A stretch of 64,000 nucleotides of DNA from Lytechinus pictus (lineage: Eukaryota): positions 26,166,001 to 26,230,000 of the forward strand of contig NC_087250.1 of NCBI RefSeq assembly GCF_037042905.1, read 5' to 3'. Below, piece by piece: positions 23,591 to 36,600 of this stretch. Position 1 is the first letter of the stretch, and every line of letters begins with the position of its first letter. Made by a program: the position numbers and the translations under genes. The notes under the pieces are model-generated. The model was not told where the DNA came from. It made no database searches and saw nothing but the letters and a program-made list of their open reading frames with translations.

Positions 23591-26500
23591 ATCCAACGAT
23601 GTCTTACGTAATTCAGCAACCGGTGAGGAGTAATGAGTAATAACTCTTTCGACCAACCAGGTTAGTTAAACCTCCTGATGTCACTTTCACGACTCATTTT
23701 GGCAAAAGCGTGTAGGCATTGTTACTCTGTCACCACCTCAGCTTAATGCTTTCAGTGTCATATCTGATTTGAATTTATCATATTCGTTTCTTTGAGGTAT
23801 ATAGATGCGATCGTTTTTTTATTATAAAGCTACATTTTCGTTTTACTATTGGAGTAACTAAATACCTCTTGTTATGTCTATACATTGTACTTCATTCCAT
23901 CTCGCTGAATTGTATACAAAGTTTTGCAAACTGAGATAATCTTGTCATAACAAGCTTGGGAGAAGTGGGTATTCTTCTCCATATTTTTCACTAACATATT
24001 TGAACAAGAAAATGGTTAAAAACGTGGTTTTTTTTTGCAACCTTTGTGTTCAAATAATAGTTCATCATGCAGTTGCTTCTCTAAGAGATGAGCTCCTTAT
24101 TTCACGACTGAAATGTGATTCCCCCTCTATCTTTGGATATGTCATATGATATAGTTTTAAAAATCAAACTGTACCTGGATATATAACAGATTGAGTTACT
24201 GTTTTTTTTTTACAACGAGTTTGGTTTGGTACACCGTGCCTTACTTTCCATGTTCCTTGATCCTTTATGGTTCTTTATTTGAAAATATAATGTATTATAC
24301 AATCATTAGAAAGACAAGATTTTATCAGTCAATTTGATGCTTGTGGCAGTTCAAATGAATACTTTTACTTTTTTCACATTTGGTAGTGTTGTCTCTTTAA
24401 AACACTTTTCATTTGTTGCTGCCTATGCATGAGTGAGTCCAACCTGACATACTTCCCTCTGAGCGAATGCGCATCTAGAGAGCTATGTTTTTATGTTTCC
24501 GGCTGGGCGCACTCCATTCTTGTACATTATTCTTCGAACGACATTGCGATCGGACATGTCAGAATTATAGTTGTTATGTTGAATTAATTATGTCAACCTT
24601 GTACATGTGGAACCATGAACGTTCGGCGATCTCCCCTAATTTAGCACATATTTCCCCTTTAAATTGTATTCCGGGGGGGGGGGGATTTCCTCGGGCTGTT
24701 CGTGGGCTCAGAGATCTCAGTTGTATGATGAGCGGCATGCAACGCTTTCTTGGGTTACATCATGTTGTTTTGGGTTATTTAGGAAATGGTAACAGCCGTT
24801 GGCATGTTGCAAATAGTTTTTTGTTTTATTTGTTTGTGGGAGTCCGTTTTCGAATGTTAAGGGTTCCATCTTGCACTGTTGACTTCAACGTACTCTTGTA
24901 GCTTTCCACAAAGATATTTTTGTGTACAATAAGCATTCATACTCGACCTTGAATTCAACGCTAGGTTCAATTGCAAATTCAATCACGTTTTCATGTTATG
25001 CTTGCTTCATATTCCGATTCTCTCTCATGTAATTGTCAATTTTTTTTGTGAGCAAAGTCGATCAGAGAGTGGTTCATATTATAGGGATGCTTTTCCACAA
25101 TGTTTCGCCTTTATGAGAATGTCCCATTTTTCCTGATAGAGTAATTAGCTACCAATTAAGCAGTGACTCTGGCATTTCGACTAAATGTAAAAACTTGATG
25201 TTTTTAGTTTTACTAAATTTTCCCTGGTAGTAATGTGCATAGAAATATATACGTTTCGCGTATTTATTCTCATTTTATCTCTTCGCATAACAATATGTTT
25301 GCCGATTGACAAGGAATTGAGTTCACAAATTTACAAGCGTGAGTGCAGGGTCTGGTATACATCGTGCCTTATGTTCCGTGATCATTCCGTGATGCTTTTT
25401 TGTTCTAAATCTTCTGTCTTTGGAAATATACGTATTGTACAGTGATCGGAATGAAGTCGCACTTTGTCGGTTGATCCGATTTCATTCAATGACCGTTCAA
25501 ATCAAAACGTTTTACCTGTTATTGAGCAAGTACCGGATGTTCCTGCACAATTTTTTAATGATATAATTTGTAAACACATCTCCTATCATGTTGACGCATG
25601 AGTGAGTCCAACCCTCTGAGCTCGAGAAAATTTATCATTGCGTATCTAAAAAAAACAAAATAGCACAAGTTTCCGACTCAGACGCACTCATATTTATAAA
25701 TCTATCTTCACGTTTCTTTTGGATATACCCACAGGGTAACTCTACGGATATACCCCTCATTATTTATTTATCCATTTATACCCCTTTATTTATTATTTAT
25801 TCATTTATACCCCTCATAATTGCTGATTTTCTCAATAAAGGGTAGCCAGTCGTGCGTAGGCCGTTCGTAGCTCCGGCTAGCCTTCTGAAACACCCAGCTG
25901 TTTGCTTTCAGAATCATAACTAATTGTTTTCTTGAATTATTATCTTGAAATATGTATTTTTCTGTATCGACCCGGCTTACGCAACCTCACACCGTCAGTT
26001 CGAGTAACGGAATCGTGTTATTTATATTGTTTAAAAAAGTATGGTTTGCAAATGAAAAAAAACATCGGCTCGATATTACTGTTACTGTTTTTATATTCAA
26101 TTCGATGCAAACATGCGGATCTTGCGTCAAGCCTCTAACATTGGTAATCAATAATTTCTTGATCGAAGATCACATGACTTCTACTACTGTTAATTTTCCC
26201 GTGTACTACGTTTATTCAAGCGTACGTGAAAAATCTGTTTTACGAGGCTCCGATGTACCATGTGTCTTTGCCGACATGCAAATATCTTTTAAGTATTTTA
26301 AACAAATATTTTCCAGCATAGAAGGCCTATTTTACGATTTTTGATTATTTGATATTTCCACATATGAAAAAAAATGACTTCACTATTATAGATAATAAAT
26401 AAATGAATATTAAAAAAAAAGTGCAGTCAATCTATATATGTATCGTGTTTACAAGAACTTAATAATTTGATACAACATTTCATGCAATGATGCATGTCTT

Positions 26501-27116
26501 TGGTCAATATGGCGGTCCATACGACCATTGGTCCCTCGTCCTCGTTTTCTCTCTTCGCTTGAATTGACTGTATATATCTCTTTTGATTGTAACGTGACTC
26601 CATTTATGCGCAGTGTCTTTACTGTACATTTTTAATTTGTTTCCAATCGATTGTCTTCGGTATTTATTATTTTTATATAAATCTACATTATAGAGACCAC
26701 GATATCTGAAGTCTCGGTCCGATCGATGGTTGATCGATCTCTTTTGCTTTCTCCCGATCACCTAGGCTTAAATCTTGCATCTGGTTACTAGTATACGGTT
26801 TTCTAATTTGTACTTATGTATCCTCACTTGATTTAATAATGTCATAATTTTACAGGAGAGACGGATACAGGATGAAGATCTGTTGTCTATATTATTTTCT
26901 TTTTTGTTCACTTACGTTTTGCTTCCTTTCTTTCTTGCTTTTTTTCCATAATTCTTTTTGTTTGTTTTTTTTTTCTTTTTTTTGGTGTCTGTTTGTTGTA
27001 AATTATTCAAAGGTACTTAAGTATATGGCATAGTGTATTATATTCGTTAGGTACTATTGTTTAATTCCTCCCATTTTAATGACCGACTTAACTAAGTTTC
27101 ATTTAGTTTCCTGAAC

Positions 27117-30047
27117 AATGATGACTTGCTGTCTCTCTCGGCGCAACGTGGCACTTCTCAAACATTAGATAATCATGAAAATTCCAACTACGATACACAC
27201 ATACGAAATTTTATGAATAACAATACCACTAATCTTAATTACAATTTCGATTCCAATGATCAATGCGGGTAGCTCGTTACGTCACAATATTTCACAGAAC
27301 AACATTTCAGATCATTCGTTACGTCAGATAAAGCGGAGGAAAACCCCTTTCTTCTCCATTTGAACATTCGCAGTGCAAGCTAAAATTTTGATAAACTTAA
27401 GTTATTTCTAGATAACAACCAGTTTCCGCAATCGTCATTCATTGGTTTAACTGAAACGTGGTTCTCGGACAATCCATATTCCATCTTCTCACTCCCCAAT
27501 TCTAATTTGATTGTTAATAATAGAACAAGATGACCAGGGGGTGGTGTCGCACTTTACATACCGCAACAATACGAGTATACTCTTATAGCTAACGTGACAA
27601 CATCTAACGATGTTTCAGAAACACTTTTTTGTTGAAATCATAAATCCAAGGGGTAAACAGTTTATGCTAGGTGTATTTTATATACATCCACATTCAAATG
27701 CCAATGCTTTTTTAGAAACCCTGAATGAAATTCTACTAAATCCTCTTTTGGAAAATAAAGATTGTTTTTTTATGGGTGACCTCAATATTAAATTAGTAAA
27801 TTGCAACTCTAATAGCATCTCGCAAGAGTTTCTTGAAATGTTTCTATCACATTCTTTTTTGCCCCTTATTACTAAGCCGACAAGAGTGACGAATAACTCG
27901 GCCACTATAATAGACAAAATGTTCAGTAATACAATTCGACAAAACCATAAAGCTGGTATTATCCTCAGTGACATCTCTGATCACTTTGTAATTTTTGCCA
28001 AATTATCTACGAATAAAAGTGTCCATAAAGAAACACTTAATCCTACATTCTGAAAGATAACTGGCGACAACATAACCAATTTGATAAATGATTTAAACAT
28101 AACAGACTGGTCTACTGTATATTACTCGGACGCTGACGATGCAAACAACTGTTTTATAACCATACTAACATCTTCTCTAGATACCCACGTTCCCCTTACA
28201 ACTAACAGAAGATCAAATTATAAAAAGATCCCTAACCACCCTTGGATTCACTCTTAAGATCCATTAACCGCAAGAACAATTTATATTACAAATACATAAC
28301 TAAACCAAGTGATACATCTCGCTACAAGTACACTTCATATAAAAACACTCTTACATCTTCACTTCGTATTGCGAAAAAAGAATATTACACTTCTCAACTC
28401 GATCTATACAAAAATGATATAAAGAACACATGGAAAATCATCAATGGGGCATTAAACAATAAAAAGAAGAGTTCTACAATTACAAAAATAAAATCAAACA
28501 ATACCATCACTGATGACAATAATATAATAGCAAGAGAGTTTAATTCATATTTTTCACAAGTTGGCAACAATTTAGCAAGCAATCTTCCTCAAACGAATAA
28601 ATCTTACAACAATTTTCTCGACAACCCAAACCCAAACTCCATATTTTTTTATCCCACAAGTTCAAGAGAAATTATAAATATTGTTAACAGTCTGCAGTCC
28701 AAAAAGTGCCCGGGATTTGACGGTATTTCCAACTTCATACTTAAGAAAATTATTTTGGCTATCGTCGATCCTTTGGTGCATATTTTTAATATTTTTTTTT
28801 ACACAGGAAGGGTACCCAATCTTATGAAAATCGCAAAAGTAGTCCCTCTTTTTAAAAAAGGAGATAATCAGCTCGTCTCCAACTACCGTCCCATATCATT
28901 GCTCACCTCGTTATAAAAAATTCTTAAAAAACTTGTCCATACACGAACTAGTACGTTCTTAAAAAAAAACATTATCTTTTCGGACTTTCAGTTTGGGTTT
29001 CGCGAAAATCACAGCACCTCGCATGCAATTTTATCTTTCATTAACAAAATCACTACTTCCACTGATAAAGGTTGTCATACTGTCGGTATTTTCCTGGACT
29101 TCTCCAAAGCTTTCGACACCATTAACCACGAAATCCTTTTGCATAAACTATCTCATTACGGTATTAGGGGGAAGGCCTTGGAGTGGTTCAAGAGCTACCT
29201 TACAGATAGGACTCAGTTTGTATCAATAAATAATCACAATTCATCCAACCTTCCAAGTACATGCGGGGTACCACAGGGTAGCTTACTCGGCCCTCTTCTT
29301 TTTATCACATACATCAATGACATCCACAAAACTTCAAATTTACTTTCATTCATACTCTTTGCCGATGATTCCAACATTTTCTTTTCTCATGATAACATAA
29401 ACCAACTTATTAGGATTGTTAACTCTGAACTCATGCATGTGACTGAATGGATCAAGGGAAATAAACTCTCACTTAACATACAAAAGACCAATTATATGTT
29501 ATTCAGTAATAGAATAAATTGTTTGCCCGACAATCTCATTTTTGAAAACACTGTCCTTGAAAATGTTTCTGAAACAAAATTCTTCGGTGTACTTATTGAT
29601 CATAAATTATCATGGAAACCACACATCGACAATATATGCAAAACAATTTCAAGAAATATTGGAATAATCAACAAGCTCAATTTTTTTCTTCCATCTCGTA
29701 CACTACTTACACTATATCACACCTTAATATTACCATACATTAATTACGGTATTTTGGCAAGGGGTTGTGCAATTCAAACACAATTACATACGATACTTTA
29801 GTTTTGTTTGAATGTTATCAAAAACTCCTCTGTACACGGTTATCCTACAAGACAACGAAACTCTTATCACCTACCTCCAACCCGAACTTTACTTCCAAAA
29901 AATTATTTTGTCTTTTCCGGTCCCGTATATTGGAATTCCTTGCCCAACGCCTTTAAGGAATCCCCAAGCATCACAATGTTTAAACATAACCTTAAAAAGA
30001 TGCTTATTTGCCAATACTTTACACAAACAAGTCAATATACCATATAA
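27117..30047 (+). pseudogene. Decayed LINE ORF2 (APE endonuclease + reverse transcriptase), CR1/L2 group (Crack/Daphne-like)
   Basis: EN motifs HLNIRS, GLTETW, GGGVALY, MGDLN, KPTRVT, ISDHF. RT motifs NYRPISLL, QFGFR, DFSKAFDTINH, GVPQGSLLGP, LFADD. Several stops and frameshifts. Confidence 0.93.
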
Positions 30048-31299
30048 CCAAAACCATATACAAAAAAAAAGTTTCGTTATAGTTTTGTAATATACGTATT
30101 GAAACTAAGTTACGGGGGCTTGCCTCCAATACAAGCTTCGCTTTTCTTGGCAAGCCCCTCCGTTCTGTTTTATATAGTTATTATAGTCAAAGTTACTTTA
30201 ATTTGCATTAGTTCTCATTGTTTATACCTTATTTCGATTGATGTTGTACTTTAAATTTGACTATGTATTGTTTGATTTTGTTGTGCTTTGTGAACGGAAA
30301 ATGAATAAACCTAATCTAAATCTACATTGATGTATATTGTCTGTTATAATGATATATGTTTAAGTGGACTTCAGGGAATGGTCGTACGCAGCAAGGGGAA
30401 GGGGGATGGGAAATTCCCGATCAGTTGTTGTGAAAACACATTTTGTTCCTTAACATTTCATGAAAACTATGAAAAATGTGCAAATGTGAGAAGTGCACCA
30501 AATACTTTTATTACACTTAAAAAAAATAGAAATAATCGCCCCATTGAGCAGCTCGGTCCATTTACTCTATCGTTTTTATTTATTTTTTTTTTTTCAAAAA
30601 ATGTTCGAGTCTTGCCCCCCCCCCCCCCGGAAATATTATATGCTTGTGGTCATGCAAAATGGCATGACTGGAAATCCTACATTTTGAAAAGAGCATTTGA
30701 CAGGGTCAGACTTTACACCTTTTTTAACATTTTCTTTTATGGCGCCGGTGAATTGCAAACATATGTGCGCCGCTCGGCATTGCACCCCCCCCCCCCCTTC
30801 GCCAAAAGCTGGATCCGCTTATGGTTTTAATACCATGGTTCAGTCAAGTTGGTCCTTATTGTCAAATCTGTAAAAAGTAAAATATTGTATAATTCAAACA
30901 ATAAAAAAAAAAAAATAGTGAGTCATGGACATCATCGACTGTCTCATTTGCTTGTCACTGAGATGTGCATATCACTGTTTTGTGAAAAATAAGCGAAACT
31001 TTAAAATGTCATAATTTTCTTATTTTACATCCGATTTTGATGAAATTTTTAGTGTTTTGCTAGTTGGATTTATCTCTATTTATTCAAATCATCATTTTTC
31101 TGGGGTGGACTTGACCTTTAACAAGTATTGGAAACAAAACGATACTATTGGCAAGTACAGTATTCCCTGAATTGAACCCCTAAACAAGTACAGCGATATT
31201 TCAAAGTTATGTCACGGACGTCGGTCGTCGGTTTTCGCTTTACCTACATCATTGGGTTTAGTACAGCCCAACTCGCGCAAATCATACTCTAAACACGTA

Positions 31300-31607
31300 G
31301 GCCCGTATTCTGAAGTCAGGTTTAATTTAAACTCTGGTTTTAAGTTGTGGTTTAACTATGGAAAGCCAGTTGTTGCATTAATATCTAACAGTAGAGGTTC
31401 AATGTATCAACTAATTTGACTCCCAAAACATTATTAAGTGCCTGGGAAGGATAAGTATGACAATTGTCTTCACCATTAAATAATTAGTGAAGAGCACAGT
31501 TAACGTGAGAAGCATTCACTGTAAACAAAATTTTGAAACGTTTGGCTTCCCATAATTTTAGCACAGAGTTAGACCGTGGTCTTAAACCCGACTTGAGAAT
31601 ACGGGCC
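31300..31607. mobile_element. MITE
   Basis: TIR GGCCCGTATTCTGAAGTCAGGTTTAA / TTAAACCCGACTTGAGAATACGGGCC. Confidence 0.75.
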
Positions 31608-32954
31608 AATGTGTTGACTTCTGGGGCAAAAATACATCCTTTATAAAACATTTTAGTCTTGATTTTTTTATACCCTCGCAAATTTGACCCAAAACACGTA
31701 ACTTTCCTAGCGAAATAGATACCCTTTTTTCATTATTTCAGTGTTTTTGACACCCTTATTACGTTACGTACGCAACGTGCCCTATCTTAAAAAGACATCA
31801 GTTTTACGTGTTTTTTTGGTCGTGCATGGTATCCACTCGTCAATGTAAGTGCCCCCCCCCCCCGGGTCTTAACCTTAACGTTCATATAGCAAACAATGTT
31901 GTAAACATGAAAAAAAAGAGAGTCAAGTCTAGCCTCAGTGGCTTGTATTTTTCTTTACACATCTTAGTAATCATTCTGTCAAAATTGAAAATAATATACA
32001 CAACAATTTTATTACAAGCCGTATTGGCACGGATTGGGAAAGATACATGTAGATAATATATTGTAGCGTGTTTTACATGTACAATGATCAAGCACAAAGC
32101 AATCAATAGTAGGCGTGCGAGAACGAGTGTGGCATGTTATAGTAGGATACGTAGCGTGCACGAAGCACTCAATGAGTTAATTTCTTATTCGATCATTAAT
32201 TTTACAACATTTCAGAAAAAAATACATCGCCAGCTCTCACCCTCCCTCTCCCTCTCTGTCTTTAGTTTTAAACTTAATAGTTTCATTTCAATTCAAATGC
32301 AGATTGCATATTAATAGCTTCTGATTTTAACTGATTTAATGTCTAAAACCACAATTTCATCAAGGGCTTCATTATGAGCGTAATGTAGGCTTGAAAGAGC
32401 GCCATATTTCGACGTAGAATGGGAGAGCATAACAAGGGGAAGTTCCCCAATAGATGTGGCCGACTTCAGATCACTGCCACTTTATGGAGGCCAAAACTAC
32501 TGGGGCTTCTAATGCAGAAGAAAATCAATTTCAATGGGTGATTTGATAAGCCAGTTGAGTTGCTCAGTATGTTTATGCATATATTATCTTTTGTTAGATA
32601 TACTTGAAGCCCCCTTCCCCCATGAGGAAGTACCATGAAAACAGAGACAGCATCCATACCATATTTATGAACCTTCAGACGTTACAAACTAAGCTTTTTA
32701 TGCAGGTTATTTTACATATTTCACTTTCATTAAATACCATTGTCATAATCTTCTGTATTCTGTATTATAATCATGTATTTCTTGCATTGTGATATTATGT
32801 TTTGATATATTTTTTTTTTCATAAATTCAATATGACAGTGGTGTAGGTTTTTAATAAATCGAAGTAGCATAATGTTATCATTAAATATAATTAAATATAA
32901 TGTAATCGTATTTCATTTCCTGGTTATACAAAGAATAAGAAGCGTCCGGATTGT

Positions 32955-33300
32955 TCTAATCTCTCTTCATCTCTCTCTTATTCCATCTTTATTCCCATTC
33001 TCTCTCTTTTTCCCCCTCTCACTCCTCCACATCTCTCTCTCTCCCTTTCTCAGTCTTTATTCTTACTGTCTCTCCATTTTTCTCCCCTTCTTCTATTTTT
33101 CTCGTCTCCCCTCTCTCTCTCTCCCCCTCTCTCATCTTTTCTATCCCTCTCCTTTCCGTCTTCTTATCCATTTATTTTTATCTTTCCTCTCTCTCTCTCT
33201 CTCTTTCTCCGTCTTTACTTTCCTCGTCTCTCCATTTTTTTCTCTCACTTCCTCCAGTTTGCCAACCCCTCTTTCTCTTTATTTTATCCTTTTCCCCTTC
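32955..33300. repeat. CT-rich low-complexity tract
   Basis: Polypyrimidine (CT/TC)n; explains the 185-aa L/S/F/P-rich ORF. Confidence 0.9.
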
Positions 33301-33493
33301 GTCTGCCACCATCGTTCTATTTTATTTTTATCAGTCTTATCATGTCCAATATACTCATTTGTAAATGAGAAATATGAACTGCATATAGAGTGGTGGTTTT
33401 TTTTTTACATTTCATTTCGTTTATGCTGACAAAATTACTTCACTATGAAATTGCATTATTATTTGTGCATTAAAAGACACCCTCCACTTCAAT

Positions 33494-33679
33494 TGGGCGT
33501 TGTGGCGTGCGCCTGTAATCCAAGCTGTGGGGAAGTTACAAATTGATGCAGAGGTTCGAGGTTCGAGCCCTGGTCACGTCTTTCGGATGGTGACGTTAAA
33601 GGTCGGTCCCAGACGTAAATAATCATATCTGATTGATGCACGTCTGACAAAACTCAAATACACACACACACACACACAC
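33494..33679 (+). mobile_element. SINE with a 7SL(Alu-domain)-like head, B-box, Deu-like core and (CA)n tail, copy 1
   Basis: Head TGGGCGTTGTGGCGTGCGCCTGTAATCCAAGCT..GGGAAG; B-box GGTTCGAGCCC; core CTTTCGGATGGTGACGTTAAAGGTCGGTCCC; (CA)n tail. Second copy at 49275. Confidence 0.8.
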
Positions 33680-36600
33680 CATGATGATGACCTCAAAATA
33701 CACCCTACAAAGATTTCGATCAATTTAACCCTATATAGGTTAACTCAACGAATCGCGCGATATTTTCGCCGCGCGAAATTTTTTGACCGCGCCGCTCGCT
33801 GACTGTTTACTTTTAAGTATTGCGCAACGTTTGAGACATATTCTGCGTCACCCAGATACGTGGTTCTGAAATTATGCAACATTAGGTCGTGCATGTCAGA
33901 CCAAAAATTGCTCAAAAACGTGGTTTTGTGTACAAAGTCAATGCAACTTGTATTTCAACCAACATTCATAAATGTATGATTATTTTTTTGCTGGTCTAAA
34001 TGTATTCATTTAATGCTTTTTATGATCTCAGAAGAGTCCCCAACAAATTCAATTGAAAAAAAAAAAAAAGTATTAAAAAAAATAAAATAAAAAGTAATAC
34101 ATAACTAATTTCAAACAATATGAACATGATTTGATATCGCAATTTTTTCATGAACATTTGCTAAGAACACCACGAAGAGTTTCTATACCAAAAATTAGAA
34201 CATTTGGAGCTTTGTTTAGGGAGTTAGAGGAAAAACTATGATTTCGCATACTAATTACGCTTAAATTAGCATAATCACTTATTTGCAATTCGTATGAAAT
34301 AATTACAATACAAAATACAGATTTGTAGAGTATGTCCCAGGCAACCCGCGTGCCAATTTCTACTTTTTGGCTAGCACAAGTGGTATTTTGGATTTTTCTC
34401 ATGGTGAAATAACAGAGAAAAAGGTTAGTACGAAAATTGAATACGAGATGATGTGGAAGACGCAATGTATGACGTTTACTCCAACGTTTACTCCAAGTGA
34501 GATAGAAGCCCACAAAAGTATTAAGTTGACAACGTTCACAAAACTCGTTTTGACTAAAGAAGAAAACTTAGATAAGTGTGTCAGAAAGGAAAGTTACAGT
34601 TTTCATCCGTCTTGTGATGATGTAAAAAACAAAGAGATAGGGCAGAGAGAGAGAGAGAGAGAGAGAAAATGATAGAGAGAGCTAGGTACCAAATCAGAGA
34701 CTTTATAGTGAGTCACAGGTCAAAGGTGAGTGTGCTGTGTAGGATCACTACTGACCACTTTTGACATGTATATTGCCGAGGACTCTACACATAAGCAAAT
34801 TACGAGGATCTCAAATCCAATTTTGCAAGAGAAATACGGGCATAATCCCGGCATCTGATTGGAAAATAGAGACAATAATAACGATAGTGTAAAATCTCAG
34901 CTACAACATACTCAAAGCTCTAAGAAAACCGACAAGAAATAGTGGAGATATGGCTCGCGAAATAGAGAAATGTAAAATTCAGTTTTGAGAAAAAGACATT
35001 TCCCATAGAGATTACACGCAAAGTGAACAAAAATAACATGCCTCTTTAAATTGCAATTTTTAGGATGACCCATTCCTTATAATGTAAATTAAGCCAACTT
35101 AATGGATGGAGTAAGTCCTCAGCTACAACATATAAAAAACTGGGCGAAAATTAACCAATATTTACGGAGTAAGAGTCAAATTTGCATAATTATGATGACG
35201 TCATAAGTAGCTAAATGGAAATTTTGAGTTCCGACGCCATTTTTTATGACGTCATGATAAAATTTCGGGTCAAATGTGATATAAAATCATTTGTCCCATC
35301 CATACTCTATTCGAATATGAAAAAAATTGGGGGTCAACGGACTTCCTGAAGAGATATAATGAATTTTGTATAGGCATTTTTTTGCACATATATTGTCTAT
35401 GGTTAGTGCGCGCGCGCGCGCGCATGCTGTTAACTTTGATGGAGGCTAATTCCGTTATTACTTGTCGTAGAAGGTTGATCAAGGTATTAAATTGTTCAGA
35501 ATTATATTAGCGGTGCATTGATGTGAAAAAAAAATGGCGATCCTATTTTGCATAGCGCCGTTATGCGCGTAAATGCGCGCTTAACCGTGCGCGCGCAAAT
35601 TTTTTAAATGCTTAAAATGACCTTTGAATGAACTTTGGTCAAAAAGGGATTTTGAGCATTTTAAAATTTTGACGCACGCGTATGCGCACGTCGTGACCTT
35701 TACATGACCTTTGACGACATGGACAGTTGACCCTTGACCTGAAGTTAATGTGGTGTAAATATGGTTAATTCTTGATAATTGATAATGAAGATATGATTGA
35801 TTATGTGATTTTTTCAAAATTACGTCCAGATGACGTCATGATGACCTTTTGACCTTGAACCTGTTTCATCCAGATGACATGGTAAGTCCCCATATCTGAT
35901 GATACTTTGAAGAAAATTGAAGATGTAGATTTTGAGATTTTACGCTAACAAGAAAAGGGTTGAAAAATACAAATTAATAAATAAATAAATAAAAAAGAAA
36001 ATTCGTACGAAATTAATAGTTGATCTGTCGATTGACAGATCACCTAATAATATAGGTATATTTACCCAGGGAAGCCACTTCAGTTTCGAAAACTGTTCTA
36101 CCAGCGGGCCCTGCTATTATTATTACCCCGGCTTTAGCTGAGCTGCCTAGGAGCTCAAGCATTCAAGGAATTTCTTCCTACCGGGTACCCATTCACCTCA
36201 CCTGGGTTGAGTGCAGCACAATGTGGATGAGTTTCTTAAATTAAATTACATCAATTTTTTTTCTAACAGACGCAATTAATTTTTTAGGTTTCTATGTTTC
36301 CCTTCCCTTCCCTTTTTTTTTTTTTTTTTTTGCTATTATGCTTCAATCATATATTTCCTTATTTAGTTTGCCTCTGCATTTTGCTCATTATATATATATA
36401 TATATTTCTATATTGTATTTATGTCTTTCTCCAGTGACTATGTATAAGATTGTCACTTGGTTATGTACTTTAGTCTATATCATGATTATGTCTCACGCAT
36501 CGTAAATTTGTTTTGTATATTATTCCAATAAATGCAAAAAAGTCCTGCAAAAAATATACATTTTCAGATATTTACTAATACTACAGAGAATAAATTGACA

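Larger units (their letters stand above)
22480..30325 (+). mobile_element. Probable full-length decayed LINE (ORF1, ~3.5-kb spacer, ORF2, 3' UTR)
   Basis: Co-oriented ORF1 and ORF2. 3' UTR hairpin GGGGCTTGCC...GGCAAGCCCC (~30115-30158), then AATAAA and a short AATCTA-like repeat tail at ~30304-30324. The 5' boundary is approximate. Confidence 0.6.
19412..30823. mobile_element. TIR element (third nesting level)
   Basis: CAGTGGCGGATCCAG ... CTGGATCCGCTTATG with duplicated GTTTT at 19407-19411 and 30824-30828. Host MITE sequence resumes after it. Confidence 0.7.
19106..31117. mobile_element. Kolobok-like MITE (second nesting level), split by a later insertion
   Basis: TTAA|AGGACAAGTCCACCC ... 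GGGGTGGACTTGACCT|TTAA. Same family as 50419-56552. Confidence 0.85.
18955..31866. mobile_element. hAT-like TIR element inflated to ~12.9 kb by nested insertions
   Basis: Left arm CCCGGGG..GGCACTTCCATTCACGAGTTGATACCAAGCGCGACCA vs right arm TGGTCGTGCATGGTATCCACTCGTCAATGTAAGTGCCC..CCCGGG. 8-bp TSD TCTTAACC at 18947-18954 and 31867-31874. Flanks are contiguous in the paralog at ~42550-42610. Confidence 0.85.

Noticed and set aside
32872..33429. 185-aa hydrophobic ORF
   Set aside because: Translation of a CT-rich low-complexity tract.
33494..33540. Human Alu or rodent B1 contamination, or a true 7SL gene
   Set aside because: Similarity is limited to the first ~45 nt. There is no S domain and no poly-A dimer structure, the tail is (CA)n, and both copies are embedded in local repeats.
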